Assembly (NCBI GenBank): GCA_963754925.1
Contig: CAVWHX010000001.1
Span: 201,144 to 265,143 of the forward strand
Length of the DNA stretch: 64,000 nucleotides
From: an uncultured delta proteobacterium
GTDB lineage: Bacteria > Myxococcota > B64-G9
Direction of reading: 5' to 3'
Positions within the stretch are counted from its first letter, which is position 1. The number at the start of each line of letters is the position of its first letter. This document shows, one piece after another, positions 60,919-64,000 of this stretch. A program made the position numbers and the translations under genes. Below the pieces are notes generated by a model, which saw nothing but the letters and a program-made list of their open reading frames with translations, was not told the DNA's origin and did no database searches.

Positions 60919-62270
60919 AATCCGAACATATTGTTTCATTTCAGATTCCTCGGTCGTTACACCGGCTTCTTGTCCAATTGCACCAAAACGGCTTCCAGGC
61001 CTATCCGGTGGGCGGCGCAGTGCGCGATCTGTTGCTCGGTCGCCCGATTAAAGATTGGGATGTCGCCACCAATGCCCGTCCCGAGCAAGTTACTCCGCTG
61101 TTTGAGCGCGTTATCCCGACGGGAATCGCTCACGGTACGGTGACCGTTCTTATTGGAAAACTAACGATAGAAGTAACAACCTTCCGCGGGGAAGGCACGT
61201 ACCGTGATGGCCGGCATCCCGATCACGTTGAGTTCCTCGACTCCCTTGAGGAAGATCTCAAGCGACGAGACTTCACCATTAATGCCATGGCGTATGACAT
61301 AGCAGCCAAGAAAGTAATAGATCCCTTCGGCGGCTCTGCTGATCTCTCGGCAGGTTTGGTTCGAGCGGTGGGCAATCCGCTCGAACGCTTTTTAGAGGAT
61401 GGGCTGAGGCCGCTGCGGGCGGTGCGGTTTTCGTGCGTGCTTGATTTCTCGATTGAGTCGGCCACATCGGCCAGCATTAGAGCCGCGTTACCGGTTTTTC
61501 GGCAGGTTGCTAACGAACGCGTTCGGGATGAGCTTATTAAGATCCTTTCGAGTAAGCATGCTGCTCGGGGAATCGAGGCGTTACGTCAAACGGGTCTGCT
61601 GGAAGAAATCTTGCCCGAGCTGCTACCGACCATTGGTCAAGTTCAAAATACCTTTCATAAACACGACGTCTATCAGCATTCGCTGGCATGCCTTGCACAC
61701 GGTCGGGGAGATGGTGTTCTGAAATTGGCCATTCTGCTTCATGACTGCGGCAAACCACAATCGGTTGGAGGGCCGCGTGGCGAGCACACCTTCTACAACC
61801 ACGAACGGTTCTCAGCTCAATTAGCTGATGAGGCGATGCAACGGTTACGCTTTTCCCATGAGGACCGTGAGCGAGTATCTACCTTGATTGCAAACCATAT
61901 GTTCAACTATGAACCAAGTTGGACCGACGGAGCCGTCCGGCGCTTGGTGCGAAAGGTGGGCGTCGAATGTCTGTCGGATCTCTGGGAGCTGCGCCGGGCT
62001 GATATCTGGGGGCGTGGAATTATGGTCCGTGACTCGTTGAATAATCTCAATCTGTTAAAGGAAACGGGTGGAAGGCGTGATGAGCCAGGACAGCGCGTTG
62101 AAGATCAAAGACCTTGCAATCAACGGCGAGACGGTTATGCGCGAACTTGGATTAGCGCCTGGTCCCAAAGTTGGACGAATACTAGATACGCTACTAGAAA
62201 AGGTGTTGGACGACCCAAATATGTTAATAACGAAATTGACTTGAAGCGAATTCTTAGAAAGTTGGCATAA
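60915..62270 (+). CDS. cca: CCA-adding tRNA nucleotidyltransferase with HD domain; start uncertain, frameshifts near 62065 and 62220
   Basis: VGGAVRDLLLG..DWDVAT, EVTTFRGEGTYRDGRHP, EDLKRRDFTINA, EDGLRPLRAVRF, LLHDCGK; alternative frame gives DLAINGE..PGPKVG. Confidence 0.85.
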   Translation: MKSEHIVSFQIPRSLHRLLVQLHQNGFQAYPVGGAVRDLLLGRPIKDWDVATNARPEQVTPLFERVIPTGIAHGTVTVLIGKLTIEVTTFRGEGTYRDGRHPDHVEFLDSLEEDLKRRDFTINAMAYDIAAKKVIDPFGGSADLSAGLVRAVGNPLERFLEDGLRPLRAVRFSCVLDFSIESATSASIRAALPVFRQVANERVRDELIKILSSKHAARGIEALRQTGLLEEILPELLPTIGQVQNTFHKHDVYQHSLACLAHGRGDGVLKLAILLHDCGKPQSVGGPRGEHTFYNHERFSAQLADEAMQRLRFSHEDRERVSTLIANHMFNYEPSWTDGAVRRLVRKVGVECLSDLWELRRADIWGRGIMVRDSLNNLNLLKETGGRRDEPGQRVEDQRPCNQRRDGYARTWISAWSQSWTNTRYATRKGVGRPKYVNNEIDLKRILRKLA

Positions 62271-62280
62271 CGTATGCTCT

Positions 62281-62560
62281 CAAATTAAGTTATCCACAGA
62301 ACACCAGTGCTAATAACTCATCAATCTGTATTTAGAAAGGAACCGGCAAATATGTAATGTATTTCGATTAGATTTGTCTATAACATATTGTATTATAATG
62401 ATTATATATTTTTATGAAGAACTCCAAAGTATTTTTTGAGCAGAACGGGGCATATTAAGCTAACAAGCTATTTCAACAAGGATTGTGAGTAATCTGTGGA
62501 AAACTTTGTGACAGTTTGGATGCTCGATAATAGTACTTTTTTATTGTTTTTGTAGGGATA
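62281..62560. other. AT-rich region with DnaA-box cluster (oriC-like)
   Basis: Perfect TTATCCACA 62290-62298; near-boxes TGTCTATAA 62375, TGTGAGTAA 62484, TGTGGAAAA 62495; very AT-rich core about 62350-62420. Confidence 0.5.
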
Positions 62561-62565
62561 ATATC

Positions 62566-63869
62566 ATGAGTTTGAAGGCAATGATGGTAAGCTGCGCCGT
62601 TAAAGAAATTTGGATCAAAAGTCTCGGATGCAAGGTAAACCTTGCTGACACAGCAAGCCTCGTGAGTTGTCTCCCACCCGATCGATTTTTGATAGTTCAA
62701 GATCCCGGTGAAGCGTCGTTGGCCGTGCTCAACACGTGCACCGTAACCCATAAAGCTGATCGTGATGTCCGCAAAGTGCTTGGTGGGTTACAGCGGGACT
62801 ACCCGCAGTTGCCGGTGATTGTAACTGGTTGTGGGGTGACGACAACCGGCAACGAGATATCCGGTTTTTCAAATGTTAAAGACATGGTAGCTTTTGGCAA
62901 TCGAGAAAAGTTGCTTGCAGCGATACGGGGTAACTGTTTTTCTCCCGTGCAAACTCAAACGAGCCCGTATCACAGACTAGGACGCCAACGTGCCATTGTT
63001 AAGCTTCAGGACGGTTGCAATACTCATTGTGCCTACTGTGTTGTTCCGCTCGTGCGCGGACCAGAGCGTTCAGTTCCCTATAACGAAGCATGTGATCAGA
63101 TTCGCTTTCTTCTGGATGCCGGCCACCGTGAGATAGTGCTCTCCGGCATTCATCTTGGCAGGTATGGACGAGATCTTTCTCCGTCAAGCTCATTGAAACA
63201 TCTTCTGCAATGGATTAAGCGCCTCCCGGAGCTCGGTGCCAACTTTCGTATACGGCTTAGTTCGATTGAACCGATGGATCTTAGCTCGGAACTCATTACT
63301 CGAATTGGCGGAAATGCCTGGTATGTGCCCTCATTTTCATGTTCCGCTTCAAAGCGGTGATGACGAAGTGTTAGCGCGCATGGGCCGACCCTATAGCGTT
63401 CGAGAGTACCGAGAGATAATTGATCGGTTGTCAAAACATTTTCCCGACGCGGCGATAGGTACCGACGTGATGGTTGGGTTCTCCCGGTGAGACTCCGGCC
63501 GCTGCGCGGAATACCCTTTTGGTGGTGCGATCGATGCCGCTCGCATACCTGCATGTCTTCACCTTTTCAGCGCGAAAAGGCACTCGAGCCGCGACCTTTC
63601 CCGAGCGGGTCGATGCCGAGCACCTGCGCGAGCATTCGAAAACCTTGCGCGAAGAAGGCGCTCGGCGCTGGCGGGCTTTTCTCGGCGATGGCGTTAACAA
63701 AAGGCATCAAGTGGTAGTTGAGCGGCGGCGAAAAAAATATTTTGAAGGTCGATCGGAGAGGTATCGACCGGTACGGTTCGATGCCGAAGAGCTCCAAATC
63801 GGACAATTGTTGTGGGTGCGTGCAGAAACAATGGATTCAGGCGCACTTATTGGTGTACCATGCGTTTGA
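62566..63869 (+). CDS. mtaB: tRNA methylthiotransferase MtaB, frameshifts near 63305 and 63480
   Basis: SLGCKVN, LNTCTVT, VTGC, KLQDGCNTHCAYC, RIRLSSIEP, HVPLQSG, HVFTFSARKGT. Confidence 0.9.
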
Positions 63870-63905
63870 AAAATACGGCACTGTTTTTCGAAAGAAGGGA
63901 TAACG

Positions 63906-64000
63906 ATGATAGAGGGGTTATCTCACCCGTTGTTAACAAAAGCTAGCGTGCAGATAGGTTACGAATTTCACCAACCCGAGTTGCTTCAACAGGCGCTCAT
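63906..64000 (+). CDS. rnc: Ribonuclease III, N-terminal fragment (runs off the window)
   Basis: IGYEFHQPELLQQAL matches the RNase III N-terminal pattern; follows mtaB. Confidence 0.65.
   Translation, partial: MIEGLSHPLLTKASVQIGYEFHQPELLQQAL

Overview
This is a chromosomal segment of a bacterium, most likely Myxococcota: it carries aglZ-like and cdbA-like genes and a PEGA protein with a myxobacterial-type C-terminal anchor. It also encodes anaerobe-type redox genes (a StnABC-like transhydrogenase operon, an orphan MetV-like gene and a rubrerythrin/ferritin-like gene). Most of the window is housekeeping: trpS-scpA-scpB-rluB, argS, alaS, rbfA-truB-rpsO-pnp-dut, surE-pcm-nlpD-apt, cca, mtaB-rnc and four tRNAs. 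There is one accessory SCP2/Fe-ADH/ALDH lipid-aldehyde cluster. Many genes are split by single-base indels, including pnp and cca, which points to long-read assembly errors rather than real pseudogenes. I found no transposase, prophage or CRISPR array. The most unusual signals are non-coding: (1) a dispersed family of two-hairpin elements with covarying stems, GNA-type triloops and tandem GA mismatches, in three copies of which two abut tRNAs, plus a related tandem repeat upstream of the Stn-like operon; (2) a sigma54-type promoter followed by a long hairpin, antisense in the rpsO-pnp spacer; (3) recurrent promoters placed 8 nt before start codons; (4) a DnaA-box/AT-rich oriC-like region. Notable coding signals are an RbfA-DHH fusion next to a diadenylate cyclase operon and a decayed duplicate gene with a duplicated promoter. 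All gene assignments come from motif recognition by eye; no searches were run.
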